Below are positions 28,228-42,354 of a DNA stretch of 64,000 bases, piece after piece. Each line of letters begins with the position of its first letter. Within the stretch, counting starts at the first letter, position 1. The notes under the pieces were generated by a model. That model was not told the origin of the DNA. It saw nothing but the letters and a program-made list of their open reading frames with translations, and ran no database searches. Origin of the DNA: Octopus sinensis (Eukaryota); the NCBI RefSeq assembly GCF_006345805.1, contig NC_043019.1:10167360-10231359 (forward strand), read 5' to 3'. A program made the translations under genes and the position numbers.

Positions 28228-29855
28228 ATGAACGGTGCAACCACCACTATCACCTCTCCTGTCACTGCCACTATTACCTCTCTTGCTACTACCACTGTTA
28301 GGAAGACTACTACCACCAGCAACAATGCCATTGACAAACCAAGTAGCTTTCCTTCCATTTTAAGGCAAAAATGACATTTAGTTTCCTCCTCAACAGAAGA
28401 ACTACTGCAATGCAAACAGTTATTAAACAAAGAAACAGAACAATAAAACTAAAAACACCCCACGAAACATTTTGCAGGTCATTAAAAAAAAAATCATAAT
28501 TTATAAAACCCTGAACATAAAAACTAAAAGACTAGAACAGGCCATTCAACAAACAGTTGAGAAGTGTCTACTGCCCATATGGGCTTACAAAAAAATATAT
28601 TGCAAGGGCAAATGATTTGCCACAATCGAAGAGTTGACACAGAAGAGTACACAAAAGAACTCTCAATAAAACGTTTGGAATGTGAGGAATTTCTAATGAT
28701 TCCCACTTACCTTGGTTGTCTGGTGACGAAGATAAGAATGAAAGATGTTCCCCCTGAGATAGAAATAAGATGGCTGGTGTCAGCCATCTATTATGATTTT
28801 GAAGATGAAATAAATATATTAGAAATTGCCATCCTGGAGCAGCAAAACTGGGTTGGACAAGGGTTAGAGCTATTAATCCAGGCAAATCAAGAGACGACTG
28901 AAATTCTCCCCGATTTAATAAAACTTCCAGATGACATGACTCTACATGTGGCCATTGAAGGCAGAAGACCACGTTGTTACCTTTGTGGTAGCAAAAACCA
29001 CCTTAAAATAGACTGCAAATTAGCACAAGAGCAAGAACAACAATAACAATAAAACCAAAAACCCAACAGCAAACCAGCATTATTACTCCCTCTGCCATCA
29101 GCACAACAAATAAAACAGCTCTACCAACAGATGAAACAACTCCACCAACCAACCATCAGCAACAGAAGCAACACCATCACCATCACCAACAATAACAACA
29201 GCAACAATTATAGAGGAAGCACCAAAACCAGGAAAACACTAACCCCTCACCCCAATAACCCATACACCACATCCCAACAGCCACCAACCAGCACTAACAA
29301 CAGCAACAACATCAACATTTACACACAAATCAACCTCAGTACCCTTCCTCTCCCATTTTCTGATTCCTCTGACATGTCTGCTGATGAAGGTGACACAGGA
29401 GAATGGCAAATGGCCACAGTGGGGAGAAGAAAAAAGGGGGCGGGGAGAACAACCACCCTGTCAAACAAAGCAGGGAGAAAAGCCACTCCCAGTAACAGAA
29501 CTGCCACACACAACAATACAAACAACGACACTACAAACACATAATCGTCAAGTGGCCCCACAATGTTTGCAGCAATTAACACCAGCAATTTGGACCTGAT
29601 GCAATACATCAGGTGGCACACTGACATGTTATGATCCATATCTGCATCCTTCAAAACTTCCATGCTTTCTGAGATTCACCAACACTACACCTGATTTCCT
29701 CCCCTCCATACACACACAAGCATGTGTCTGACTCATACATTGTTTGCTTTCCAGACATTTGTACATTACTGCATATACATTATATGCACTTTCTGACAAG
29801 TTGTGGTGCACCTGAGCACTGTATACAATAATTTCATTATTATTATTATTATTAT
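28228..29855 (+). mobile_element. L1/Tx1-like ORF1 (gag-like, CCHC zinc knuckle) element with (ATT)n tail and no ORF2
   Basis: ORF 28564..29046 contains TKIRMKDVPPEIEIRWL and IEGRRPRCYLCGSKNHLKIDC (CX2CX4HX4C at 28975-29016). A Q/N/T-rich region follows to 29544, then about 300 nt non-coding ending tatacaataatttcattattattatt. Confidence 0.6.
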
Positions 29856-30095
29856 ATGAGAGTTGAAAACACTGCAGAATGTTAGTGAGTCCAGAAAATA
29901 TTCATTGCAGAATAATTACGTATTAAAACAGAAAACTGGAGAATTTTGGTTTCATTTTTTTCCATATTACATCTGTTGCTTTACCAACAGACATTACATA
30001 AAATATACAAATAGAAAAACATATAAGATATCTCCTATTAGGATTTCATTAGAGGGAGAATTAAAATGATACACGCTTATATTGGATTTAGCTAA

Positions 30096-30147
<52 letters not shown>

Positions 30148-30556
30148 TATTGAATATTAGTCAGGAGTCATATAATTCATATAATGAATCTTTCAGACCA
30201 AGCACACATGGGAAAATGGATGTAAACCAATCCCTAGTTTTGAAGGAATTGCATGGAAAACAATTTCCCCCACTGACTTCCATATTACATAACATGGAAG
30301 TGAATGCAAAAGGAAGTTTCATGTTAAAGAATTCCACGCTAAGACAGGATTTCATGTTATGATAAATTTTGCATTATGAAATTCAGTATTATGGTAACTC
30401 AGAAGATGCCAGTGTATAGAGATGGATAGATAAATAGGTAGATAGACAGGTGGGCAGGCAGGCCATGTATGTATGTAATCAACTCTCTTTCGTCATAGAT
30501 ATAATATAACATTATAAGGATGTAAGTACTACAATAGCCAAGGTTACATTGTTGGT

Positions 30557-30594
<38 letters not shown>

Positions 30595-33500
30595 GCTGCT
30601 GCTGTTAAGCGATACAAACATTACTTTGCTTGCTTCTGGTGAATATAGCCGAATGTTGTTTTTTGTTTCATGAATGTCATTCACCTGTAATGGAATAGAA
30701 TGGTTTCCAACAATATACAAATGTCTAAATTTTCTCAGCATTCCCTAACCATCGTAAAATGGGATTCCAGATAATAAGCAAATTCTGTAGACAGAGTAGA
30801 ATTCACAAATTATCCTTTTGTTGGATAGAAAATATAAGTAGAGACAATTAAGTATAGTGGGGTAAGGAAGGTCAATATAATCAAATATATTTATTATCAT
30901 AAATATTTATCTGTAAATTTTGTAGGTGCAGGTGTAGCTGTGTGGTAAGAAGTTTGCTTCCCAAGCACAGATTCACTCCCAAAGTGTCTTCTTCTTCTAT
31001 AGCCTTGCATTCGTCAAAGCCTTATGAGCAGATTTGGTAAAGTGAAACTGAAAGAAGTCCATTGTGTACACACACACACACACACATTTATATACATATG
31101 TGTATGTGTGCATGTATGTGTGTGTGTATGTATTTATGTACATATGTGGGTGTGTCCGTGTGTGTTGCTGTCTCCTTGCCTTGGTGTCACCATGTAAACT
31201 GTGTCCTTCATTTGCAATCTTCTGTGTAAACATGTCTGGCCAAGGGGCAATATTACGTTACTTGGAAACAGGCGTGGGTTGGTGATACAGGTGAGGGTGT
31301 CCAGCTGTTGAAAGTTTGCCTCAACAAATTCCATTTGACCCATGTGATCATGGAAAAGAGGATGTTAAACCCATGCTGCTGCTGCTGGTGATGGTGATGA
31401 TGATTCTACAAAAACAGAATTTACAATTTTGTGTTGATGACAGAAGTCATGGAGCGGGGTGAAGGGTGGAATTTGGTAGAGCTCTGGACAAAATAGTTTC
31501 ATGTATTTAATAATATCCATTTAAGGTGATAAGGCAGTGAATTAATAGACCCCTTATAGTATCAGATAGATAACCTGTATTTGTTCTGGCTTTCTGCGTT
31601 CTGAGCTGAAATCCCACAGAAGTTATTTTGTCATTCATTCTTTCTGGTTCAAAAAAGTCTCAATCCAAGGCAGAAGATTTGTAGAATTGTCTGAGCATTG
31701 GGATGTGACACCTTGCAGTTATCTGTTCTGATTTCTTATGTTTTGAAGGCAATGTCTGCAGTAACTCAGATACTGAGCAATTATGAGTCTCTTCTTTGAA
31801 CAACGTTGGTGTGGTAAAGAGGGAAGAGTTGCATGCATGTGAAGCCACTGATCTTCCATAAGAACCTTGCCTTGGTATGCTCCTTAGAGGGAAAATTTAT
31901 AGGTGCAAATCCATGGCCTCATAAGATATGTAGAGGATCTGGGTATATGGATTTAAGGTGTTCATATCCTATTGAGGTAAACTTGCTTTTCATCCTTCAG
32001 GGGTTGATAAAATAAAGTACTAGTCAAATATTGATACTGATAATATACCTGTACTGGTTTCAAATTTTGGCACAAGACCACCAAGTTCAGGGGAGATAGT
32101 AAGGTAATTTCTCTGACCCCCAGTACTCAACTGGTACTTATTTTATCGCCCCCAAAAAGATGAAAAGCAAAGCCTACCCTAGTGGAATTTGAACTTGGAA
32201 TGTTAAAGCTGGATAAAATACTATGAAGCATTTTGTCCAGCAATAATATACCCATATTAAACATGATTATTATTGTTAACAATGTGCAGTCTCTGACATC
32301 TTTTCTTAAGTTTCATTGATAGGTTTCAAAACCAAAAAAAAAAAGAGCCCTCATGTTATAAGTACTGCTCAAACCATGTCATTGGGGTTGACCACCAGAT
32401 TTCTCAGTATTGAGCAGATCTATGATCAAAAGTTTTTCTCGTCTAGGAGTATACAGGACTATATTATCTAATGTGTCTTTTATATTTTCTGCAGACAGCA
32501 GGAATGATTTGAAGGAAATTTGTATGTTATTTCTTGCAGGTTGAATGACTTTCTAGCACCTCTTTTGGTGGTTATCATTGCTCTGAAAGATGGTGCAATG
32601 CTGCTGACGCTATAAATACACAAACATCATGGATGAAATCCAAAAGAAGGCCGTCCATTTGTCTAATTGGCAAAGAATCAATCGGCAACACACTTCAAGC
32701 TGTAAATTACTGTTGTCCTCTTCATCTATCTATCTCTTCTATTGATATTACAATACCCTCTACTAATCCGAACCAGATAGTTCTATACCCTTTCCATACC
32801 AGTCCACTTGTTTTCTGTGTCTCCTTATTGTATTATATGTCTTAGCATCACATTTAAACATTTTTTTCAATGTTTCCTCCTCGGAATAGCAGCCCACTTG
32901 AATTTCTTACCCCCACACATCATTGTTCTTGCTGTTTAGTCCCAGTCCCAAGTCGGACTTCATTGACCAAACCGATGATCAAAAGCAATCCAACAGTGAC
33001 CACCCTTTTTGTTTATTTGTGACTACATTGTCCAAAATGTTATTTCTTTTTTAAGATGATAAGCTGTGGGATTGGAGAGACATTTGGCTGCTGTATTTAC
33101 TTTGTTATCTTGTGAGCACTTATTTATTTTCCTAAAAGATTATGACTTACAGAACATCAACTGCAGCCATGCTAGGGAAGTGGATCCTGGATTTTAATTG
33201 ATTATATCATCCTTCATTCTCAATGCTTTGTTTGGTATTTATTTCCTTGGTGTTGAAGAAGTGACAGAAAGTAAAAAAACAAAAAACAAAAAAACTGGGT
33301 GTAATAGGAGACAACTGAGACATGAAACTACTACAAGGCACTTCTTGGTGTGTTGCTGTATTCTGCCATTCCACACTAGTATGTTTGTGTGTGAGTGTGT
33401 GAATAGGGAAGAATCTTAGGTTAATGATGGTTCAGCCTAAGTTGTTGCGATTTGTGAAGGACTGTATTGGTTTGCAAATGCTATAGACATTGTTATGTGA

Positions 33501-34646
33501 TGTATGATATAATTAAATGGCCATATTTAAAATTCAGGCTTGTCCTACTAAAAACTTAATGATATTCTGTAGTGGGAATAATAGATAGATGATGATGATG
33601 ATGATGATTTAATTGCAAGGCAAGCGATTTTGAAGGGAAAGAGTTAGTTGGTACCATTAGTTGGTACCATTGACCTAGAATTTGCCTGGTTCTTTATTTT
33701 GTTGAAATATGAAAGGCAAAGTTGAATTCAGCTGGATTTCATAGTAATAAGGATAACGAGGATGGTAATAATAATGATAATGGAATAAAAGATGGGCTAC
33801 AGCAAATATTCTGCTCAATACCACAAATATGCTTATCAGTTGCTTGACCTTAACCAGTTGAGCATGTCCCTTGGTGGCTGACAATATGTGCATGTCTGAT
33901 TACAAGCAGGAGCAGTTGGGGAGGGGCATCATAGCCATGTGTTGAGAGGAGTTCTGTTGGGCTTGAATAATTCACCTCTGGAAACATGGATGTTTCATTC
34001 ATCATCCTTAAATAAACCTTATTCAGGGATCTTTTGAGTGAGGTGCACTACTCGACCTGAAGAAAATCCTCACTGGCCCCACCTGCAAGGTCATGCACTG
34101 TTTATCTTGATATGGGATCACCATGTCACGCACATATAGTTGTGATGCATGTGCCTGGTGTACCCTTATAAGACAGTTAGTCATGATGGGTATATTGGGC
34201 TTCAAATATTTGTACCCCTGAGTCACTTTCATGGTATGAATTGTTCTCTCACTCAATAATAATAATATTAATAATATTTTCTATTATAGGCATAAGGCCT
34301 GAAATTTTAGGGAATGGGGCTAGTAAATTTCGTTGACCCCCACCCCCTTCCCAGTGATCAACTAGTGCTTATTTCATTGATCATGAAAGGATGAAAGGTG
34401 AAGTTGAACTTAATGGAATTTGAACTCAGAAGGTAAAGATGGACAAAATGCCACTAAGCATTTTGTCCAGTGTGCTAACGATTCTGCCAGCTCACTTCCT
34501 GTAATAATAACAATAATAATAACAACAACAACAACAACAACAACAATAACAATAATAATAATAATAAATTTGTTTATTGGCCACAAGGGCTAACAAAAAT
34601 CAAATAAAACATGTAAGGACAAAATACAGGACAAAAGTTACAAAAA

Positions 34647-35110
34647 GGGTTTTGACTGTCCCAATCGATATAAACGTATCTGTCAAGACCTACCAAAAAC
34701 TGAGCAAATATAAAGATCTTGAAAAAGAAATCAGCAAAATGTGGAACCTGAAGACTAAAACAATACCTGTTGTCATAGGTGCCCTGGGAATGATAGCAAA
34801 AGGGGCTAATTGCTACCTAACTCAGATACCAGGAAACCCCAAAATGGCAGAAATTCAAAAGATAGTGCTCATGGGAACTGCTCATATCCTACACAAAATA
34901 CTTTCTATGTAACTTCAAGTTTTAAAACAAACATAATTTTCTTATGGTTTCTTAAACATTCACTCGTACAACACGAAGTACAAAACCATTTTTTAGCACC
35001 CTAGGCATAACACCAACATGAACTTCCAACTTGTTGTCTTTTGAGATCTCTGGGTTAGACTTGGAGCCAACTTGTACAAATGTAAAGCAAAAGTCAAACA
35101 TAAAATAATA
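34647..35110 (+). mobile_element. R4/Dong-like non-LTR retrotransposon 3' end (restriction-like endonuclease), 5'-truncated
   Basis: TVPIDINVSVKTYQKLSKYKDLEKEISKMWNLKTKTIPVVIGALGMI...IQKIVLMGTAHILHKILSM*, an RLE C-terminus (K..KY.DL, P.VIGALG). About 190-nt 3' UTR ending in (TAA)n. Confidence 0.75.
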
Positions 35111-35559
35111 ATAATAATAATAACGATAAGGGTTTCAGATTTTGGCATAAGGCCAGAAACTTTGGGAAAGCGGGTATGTTGATTACATTGACCCCAGTGC
35201 TGTATTGGTACTTTATTTTATTAACCCTGGAAGGATGAAAGGCAAAGCTGAATGCAGAACATGAAGAGCATGCTAAGGATTCTGCCAGCTTGTTGCCTTT
35301 GATAATAAAAATAATAATAATAATAATAATAATGATAATCCTTTTTACTAAAGGCACAAGGCCTGAAATTTTGGGGCAGGGCACAAGTCGATTACATCGA
35401 CCCCAGTATTTCACTAGTATTTAATTTATCAACCCTGAAAGGATGAAAAACAAAGTTAACTTTGGTGGAATTTGAACTCAGAATGTAAAGATGGATGAAA
35501 TGTTGCTAAGCATTTTGCCCAGCATGCTAACGATTCTGCTAGCTCACCACCTTAATCAT

Positions 35560-35910
35560 CATCATCATCATCATTGTTTAACGTCCGTTTTCCGCGCTAG
35601 CACGGGTTGGACGGTTCGACCGGGGTCTGGGAAGCCAGGAGGCTGCACCAGGCTCCAGTCTGATCTGGCAGAGTTTCTACAGCTGGATGCCCTTCCTAAC
35701 GCCAACCACTCCGCGAGTGTAGTGCGTGCTTTTTACATGCCACCTGCACAGGTGCCAGGAGGGGGTCTGGCATCGGCCACAATCAGTTGGAGCTTTTAAC
35801 GTGCCACCGGCACTGAAGCCAGCCAGGGCGGCGCTGGCAACGGCCACGTTCAGATGGTGCTTTTTTATGTGCCACCGGCACTGGAGCCAGTCGAGGCGGA
35901 GCTGGCCCGT
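35560..35910 (-). mobile_element. RTE LINE 3' UTR, well-preserved copy with (GAT)n tail
   Basis: catcatcattgtttaacgtccgttttccgcgctagcacgggttggacgg... matches 43487-43850. Other copies at 13180-13415 (+), 22880-23090 (+), 38800-38950 (+) and 58520-58950 (-). Confidence 0.8.
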
Positions 35911-36744
35911 ATTTAATTAATTAATTATTTAATTAAGCAAAAGGTTAGGAATTTTGAAGGGAGGGGCAAGGACCAATTCTGTTGATTCCAGTGTTCAACT
36001 AATTTGACTTACGTGGAATTTGAACTCAGAACGTGAGGATTTGAAATGCTCACTGCTAATAATAATAATAATAATAATACCCGTTTCTACTATAGGCACA
36101 AAGCCTGGAATTTGTGGGGAGGGGGATAGTCAATTATATTGACCTCAGTATTTGACTGGTATTTAATTTATCAAACATGAAAGGATGAAAGGCAAAACTG
36201 ACCTCTGTGGATCTGGACTCAGAATGTAAGGACGGATGGAATACCACTAGGCATTTTGCCTGGCATGCTAATGATTCTGCCAGCTTGCTGCCTTCATAAT
36301 AATAATAATAATAATAATCCTTTTTACTAAAGGCACAAGGCCTGGAGTTTTAGGGGAGGTGACTAGTTGATTAGATTGACCCTAGTATGCAACTGGTACT
36401 TAATTTATTGACCCTGAAAGGATGAAGGGCAAATAATAATGATATATTTACCCATTTCAGTCATTGGACTGTTGTCATGCTGAAGCACTGCCTTGAAATG
36501 TTAAGTCTGGTACTTATTATATCAATCGCTTTTGCCAAACTACTAAGTTAAAGGGATGTAAACAAATCACCTACATTTGTCAAACACAACAAAAAAAAAC
36601 ACATACACACACTCAAAGACATACACACATAGATAAACATAAAACAATCAAAAAATATATGTATACATGTGTGTGTGTGTTTGTGTGCATAGACAGGGTA
36701 CAAATTTTAAATTGGCATTTCTGTTTAAACTAGAAATAAAACCT

Positions 36745-36873
36745 CCACTTATTTCTTTATTTTACTAAAATTTTTGTTGTGTTTTGCAACTTTTCCAATA
36801 GTTTTGAGTCAAAACTATTGAAAAGGTTGCAGGACAACAAAAATTTTAGAAAAATAAAAAACGAAATAAGTGG
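36745..36873. repeat. 129-nt near-perfect palindrome (about 64-bp arms, 1-nt centre)
   Basis: ccacttatttc...caatagttttga-G-tcaaaactattg...gaaataagtgg, centred at 36808. Confidence 0.85.
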
Positions 36874-37099
36874 AAATTTTAACAGTGAGTGTGTTAAATT
36901 ATAAGGCACCAAAAGAGAATAACTCTTCCCAGACACAACAGAATATGCTTCAACACAAACTCATATAAAGAATCTTGCAAACCAAATCCAAAAACGAAAG
37001 AAATAAAGCACTATTTTGAAAGTTATGATGTAAACTAATATTGCTTTCCTTTTAGATTGAATTTGGCTTCAAAAAAATGGCAAAGCTGGAGAGACTGAA

Positions 37100-37830
37100 A
37101 TATAATATGGCTGCTAGGAAAACTCATAAGCACAGTAAAAAAGGTTGAGAACTGCTGCTTTCATCGAGAATGTTGAGCAGTTCATTGAAGAAAATCTCTC
37201 CATTGGGATTTGCGAGGTTGCCAGTATGCTAGGACTTGTGCCAATGAAGACCCTTGTTACAAGCCTTACAAGAAGAAAACAGGACAATTGCTTACTCAGA
37301 GTCTTAGAAAAACTCTATGAGGGGGACCAAGAAGCTGCCAAGCAGGTGGAATCATTCCTGGAATCAAACATGGGATTTTTCTCAGATGCAAAAAAAAAAA
37401 AAATTTTGCCAGAACAAGGCATGCAACAACAAGCAGAATAACAGGTTGTTAGTAGTTAGCCCACATGGTATTCTCAGGTTCATGAAAGTCAAGTTTCCTG
37501 TCTACATCATGGTTTTGGACATGATTAGCAGTGAGGGACATGTCATGCCCCCTTACATCTTTAATGTGCATAGAAGGTGAACCAGGATGTGTACCAGGGG
37601 ATTTTGGAGACTGGCGGAGCTCTGGGTAGAAGAGATGGCAAGAGAAAGACCTTGTGTGTTCCAGCAAGATTCTGCACCTGCAAACACACCCAGGAAGACT
37701 CCAAAGTGACTTTTAGACAACTTTTATGACCATATCAGCCTGAACATGTGGCCTTCTAACTCTCCAAACAGTCAAGCAAGTGAGTTTCTAACAAGACTGC
37801 CTACATCATCAAGGATGAGCTGAAGCAATG
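37100..37830 (+). mobile_element. maT/DD37D-type mariner transposase relic
   Basis: RTAAFIENVEQFIEEN..., GFFSD, KFPVYIMVLDMISSEGHVMPPYIF, VFQQDSAPA, DNFYDHISLNMWPSNSP, interrupted by frameshifts and stops. Confidence 0.7.
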
Positions 37831-37879
37831 CACTTGACAGGCATTCTCAGCTGACAGAGATCATGCATCAACCTGCCCC

Positions 37880-38700
37880 ACAGAAGCAGTATTTGGAACC
37901 AACCATCACTGTTGAAGGGGAAATCGTGAAAGTTGTTGGTTAGTTCATCTACCTTGGTATCACACTATCCAGGTCCATGACTGTTGATGATAAAGTCAAC
38001 ACATATATTGCAAAAGGAAGACAAGTATTCAGGTGGCCATGTGAAGCAGTGTGGGAGAGGAGAGGCATTAGGGTGGCCACCAAGTTGGTGTACCAAGCAC
38101 TTATACAGCCTACCCTACTATATGCCTGTGAGACTTAGATGGTTTACAAACACCATGCCAAAAGACTAAACTGTTTCCACATAATTTACCTGAGAAAGCT
38201 GTTGAAAATCACCTGGCAAGACAAGGTCCCAGACATGGAGATCCTCTCTAGAGCTGGTCTGTCAATCATTTACACACTACTGAGGAGGGTGCAGGTTAGG
38301 TGTGCTGGCCTTGTTCAAATGCCTGACACATGGCTCCCCAAAGAACTGTTTTACTGCAAATTGGTGGAAAGAAAGCGTAAACAAGGTGGACAGAAGAAGT
38401 ATTTAAAGTCTGACTGAAGTGCTTTGAGATCAGCCCTGACACCTGGAAAATGCAATCACAGGATCATCCTGTTGATGAAGCTGCACCAACAAAGGTGCCA
38501 CCTCTTACAAACAGAACAGGATTGCAGGAGTATAAAGAAAACATGAACTGCGCAAGTCCAGAGCCCTCCTTGCCTTCAATCCTGGCATACCACCAATGCA
38601 GAGCCTTCCAAGAATGCATCAGACTGATTAGTAACAACCAGACTCACTGTGACCCATCTTCTCCCATGGGGTGTCCTTGGTCATCATTGACAAAGTGTTC
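37880..38700 (+). mobile_element. RTE (BovB-like) LINE C-terminal fragment, degraded
   Basis: FIYLG.TLS, ORF 38139..38417 HAKRLNCFHIIYLRKLLKITWQDKVPDMEILSRAGL...LPKELFY...GGQKK. Confidence 0.75.
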
Positions 38701-40099
38701 ATGTGTACATGTGTGTGTATGTGTTTTGTGTATAACTTGTCATAACACTGTAAGCATGCATTGGCAGAATACAAGCAATGTTGTGCATTTTCACTCTTCT
38801 GTGAAAAACATGACTGGGTATGGGAAATATTACCTTGCTGGGAAACAGGTGTGGATGGTGACAAGAAGGGCATCTAGCTATAGAAAAGTGGCCTCAACAA
38901 ATACTGTGACCCATGCAAGCACAAGAAAGTGGATGTGAAATGATGATGATGGTCATTATATCTGAAGAGTAAAATGCTTGGCTTTACCAAGGTGAAAAAA
39001 ATACAAATGTCAGAGTTTCTTCATTTATTTACCTTCATTTCATTGTTACTCTGAGTTTCCTTTTTCAATTAATGATCATCACAAAGATCTCTCTGACAAT
39101 GATCTTTGTAACAACAGCAATTTGTCATTGATGCATCACCAAAGTACAAGTGTACGACAATTGTACGGTGGCAGTGAAATGCATTTGTTAGCTCCAGCCT
39201 TGTCTGTTCAGTGTTACATAAATTGATTGATAACTTTCAAGTGGGTTCCATCTCCTGCTCCTGCCTCAATGTAAGTAAATAGATGACTTTATTTTTAGTG
39301 TAGGTCATAAACTAGAACATGAATAAGTGAGTAGTACTTAGACACAGAGGTAGGTGGTGGTGGTGGAGAAGGGTGCGGTTCATGCTTGCAGGATTGCAGG
39401 CTGGCGGGTAGGAGTGTTGGTGGTGGGTGATTAATAGACATTTTTTAATGTTCCATTCCTCTTCAGATTTTAATGAGTTTCTTTTTAATGTATGAATACA
39501 GGACTTGTATAATAATAGTCTACACCCCTCTCTCTCTCACATTTCTTCCTCTTCTCCCCCATCTGCCTTATCCACACTCAGCCTGTCAACATGTCTGTAT
39601 TTGTGTCTTACTAGCTCTTTATCTCAAATGTGCATGTGTATGTGTGAACATGTTTGTATATATGTGTGATTGCATATGCGTGTGCGTGTGTGTGTGTGTA
39701 TGTATGTGAGTGTGTGGGGGTGTATATGTGTTTGTATATATATGTGTGTATGCCGCTCTTGTTAATTAGTAATTTATATTAAGGATTATTGGAAGTTAAT
39801 GTGACACGATACATATGAAAATGTAACCAGAATATTCCATAGCTAAATATGAGAAGATGATATATTATACTGTCTGTTTGTCTGTGGCTACACTAAGTCA
39901 CTGTTTTCAAGGGTTTTAGTCAATCATATTGATCCCACTTCATTGATCTCTGTTTGTGAAGTGGTTAATTTACCTTTTGTCAGAAGGTGATGCAACTCAA
40001 CAAACTGATTAATATCAGTGTAGACAAATATTTTCCCATAGCCTCTTACCTAATTCCACTCTCATTTGTGAATCAATTCTAAGACTCTGCAGTGTATCA

Positions 40100-40132
<33 letters not shown>

Positions 40133-40489
40133 CATCATAATCATCATCATCATCATCATCCTGCTACAATTAATTGGTTCTATAACAACTAATTGCTTCA
40201 CAGATTTATGTGTATACAGAGGGTATGTTGGGAAATTTTTTATTTGCATTGTAATAATGGCCACCCTAGAAAAATGTTTGGCTGGAATCTTTTATTGTGA
40301 TAAGCAGAAAACTTCAGGTTGACCTGTCCACCAGAGAAAAAAAAAGCATCTAAAAGTGGGTAAACTGTTTGAACCCTGGAGACTGTTAAGGTGAGCTGTA
40401 GTGACCAGTCCTCGTCCATCTGCATTAAATTGTTGTGTGTAGAGGGTATTGTACATTAATTTACATTTTCATCCATGTAAGCTTATGAT

Positions 40490-40680
40490 TGTGCAAGAAA
40501 GCTGTAAATGTTTGCAGAAAACATATTCATAATGTGGAAAGATGATAAAGTTCTTCTCATCAGTGGTGAAGCGCATTTCCATCTGTCTGGTTGTGAAAAG
40601 AAGCAAAACTTTTGCTCTTAACCAGACGGACAACAGTCCAGAGTAACTTCATGGCATTCCTTTCTCTTTGAATGTGTCAC
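40490..40680 (+). mobile_element. Tc1/mariner-like transposase fragment
   Basis: DKVLLISGEAHFHLSGCEKKQNF resembles the (F)SDEAHFHL.G.VNKQN first-catalytic-Asp motif. Confidence 0.45.
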
Positions 40681-41584
40681 TGTATTCATGAGGATAATAA
40701 AAATATAATAAAAACTTTTAAAAAATCACCTTTCATCATAGCTTAAGTTGGGCTAAACTGGTGCTAAACAATAATTACAAATTATATCAAACTTGGTACC
40801 CTGTTACTATTTATTGTATTCACCCAGAAATTATGAAAAGCCAAGTAGAACCTGGTGTGATTTGAACTCAGAGTGTAATGGACATAACTAGATAGTGATT
40901 CTGCCAATTAGCTTCATTGATAATAAATCAATATGATAATTGTTTGATGATTGTCAACAGGTGCAATAATTAGTTGTCCATCAAATTATGCAGTTTCTGT
41001 TTGCTAATTGGATGAGTTTTCTGCTACATTTTGAAAGCAGAATGTGAAATAAATTCGACATTGTGTGAATTGGTCATTTCAGACAATATCACCCTCTTGC
41101 AATGTCTTCTTCATGCTTTGGCAATTGGAAAAAAGAAATTTTCCTTATTTTCTGTATCATGTCTGTTTACAGATAAATAAAAACTTTGAGAAGGATTTAA
41201 GACATACCATTACCAGGAATGTAGCTCAAGTGAATCCAAAGACAAAGTCTTCAGTGATATTATACTAACAGCTATAATAAACTCTTAATGTTTATGAGGA
41301 GAGAGTTGCAGTAATGTCCCATATATCTTTGAGGGCTGGGGCATCTCTGAAGACTTTGATTCTGCAAAGGCATTTAGTCCAGCTCTCTACCTCTTCTTCT
41401 ACTGCATTGGCCTTTCTTAAAACAAGCTGTATCATGCACGAAAGAATGTTGCTTCACAGCCACATAACAACCATGTTGGACAACCAAAAGATGGCTTCAA
41501 GTTTAGCAAAACTTAATGAGTGAAATTTGATTGATGGAAACTCTGCGGAAGCTCCTCATATATTAGTGTTTGTGTGCATGGACA

Positions 41585-41641
<57 letters not shown>

Positions 41642-41881
41642 ACACACTTTTATTATAATCATTCTTACAAGCCCAATACTTTTTCTTTTCCATTTAAATG
41701 GGAATGTACAGGTATATATATATTATATATATATTGATAGAAATGGCAAGATAACAAAAGAATGACAGAGACTTCGATATTCTGTAAATAGAGGAATTTA
41801 TCTGTAAGTGTAATATGTGACATGGCTACAGAATGATTGTCACATATATTTACAGATACATATATATGTGTATATATGTAC

Positions 41882-42049
<168 letters not shown>

Positions 42050-42050
42050 A

Positions 42051-42159
<109 letters not shown>

Positions 42160-42318
42160 GTATATATATATGTATATATATATGTATATATGTATATATG
42201 TATATATGTATATATATGTATATATGTATATATATGTATATACATATATATATGTATATATATATGTATATATATATATGTATATATATGTATATATATA
42301 TATGTGTATATATATATG

Positions 42319-42349
<31 letters not shown>

Positions 42350-42354
42350 GTATA

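Larger units (their letters stand above)
34290..36430 (-). repeat. Cluster of at least five family-A SINE copies separated by (AAT)n, with other retroelement ends interleaved
   Basis: The motif aaggatgaaaggcaaa/gaatttgaactcagaa recurs at about 34385, 35230, 35440, 36015, 36180 and 36420, all in minus orientation. Confidence 0.75.

Noticed and set aside
39060-39420. Non-repetitive island with a GTAAGT donor-like site near 39270
   Set aside because: No convincing paired acceptor or open frame compatible with exons 1 and 2.
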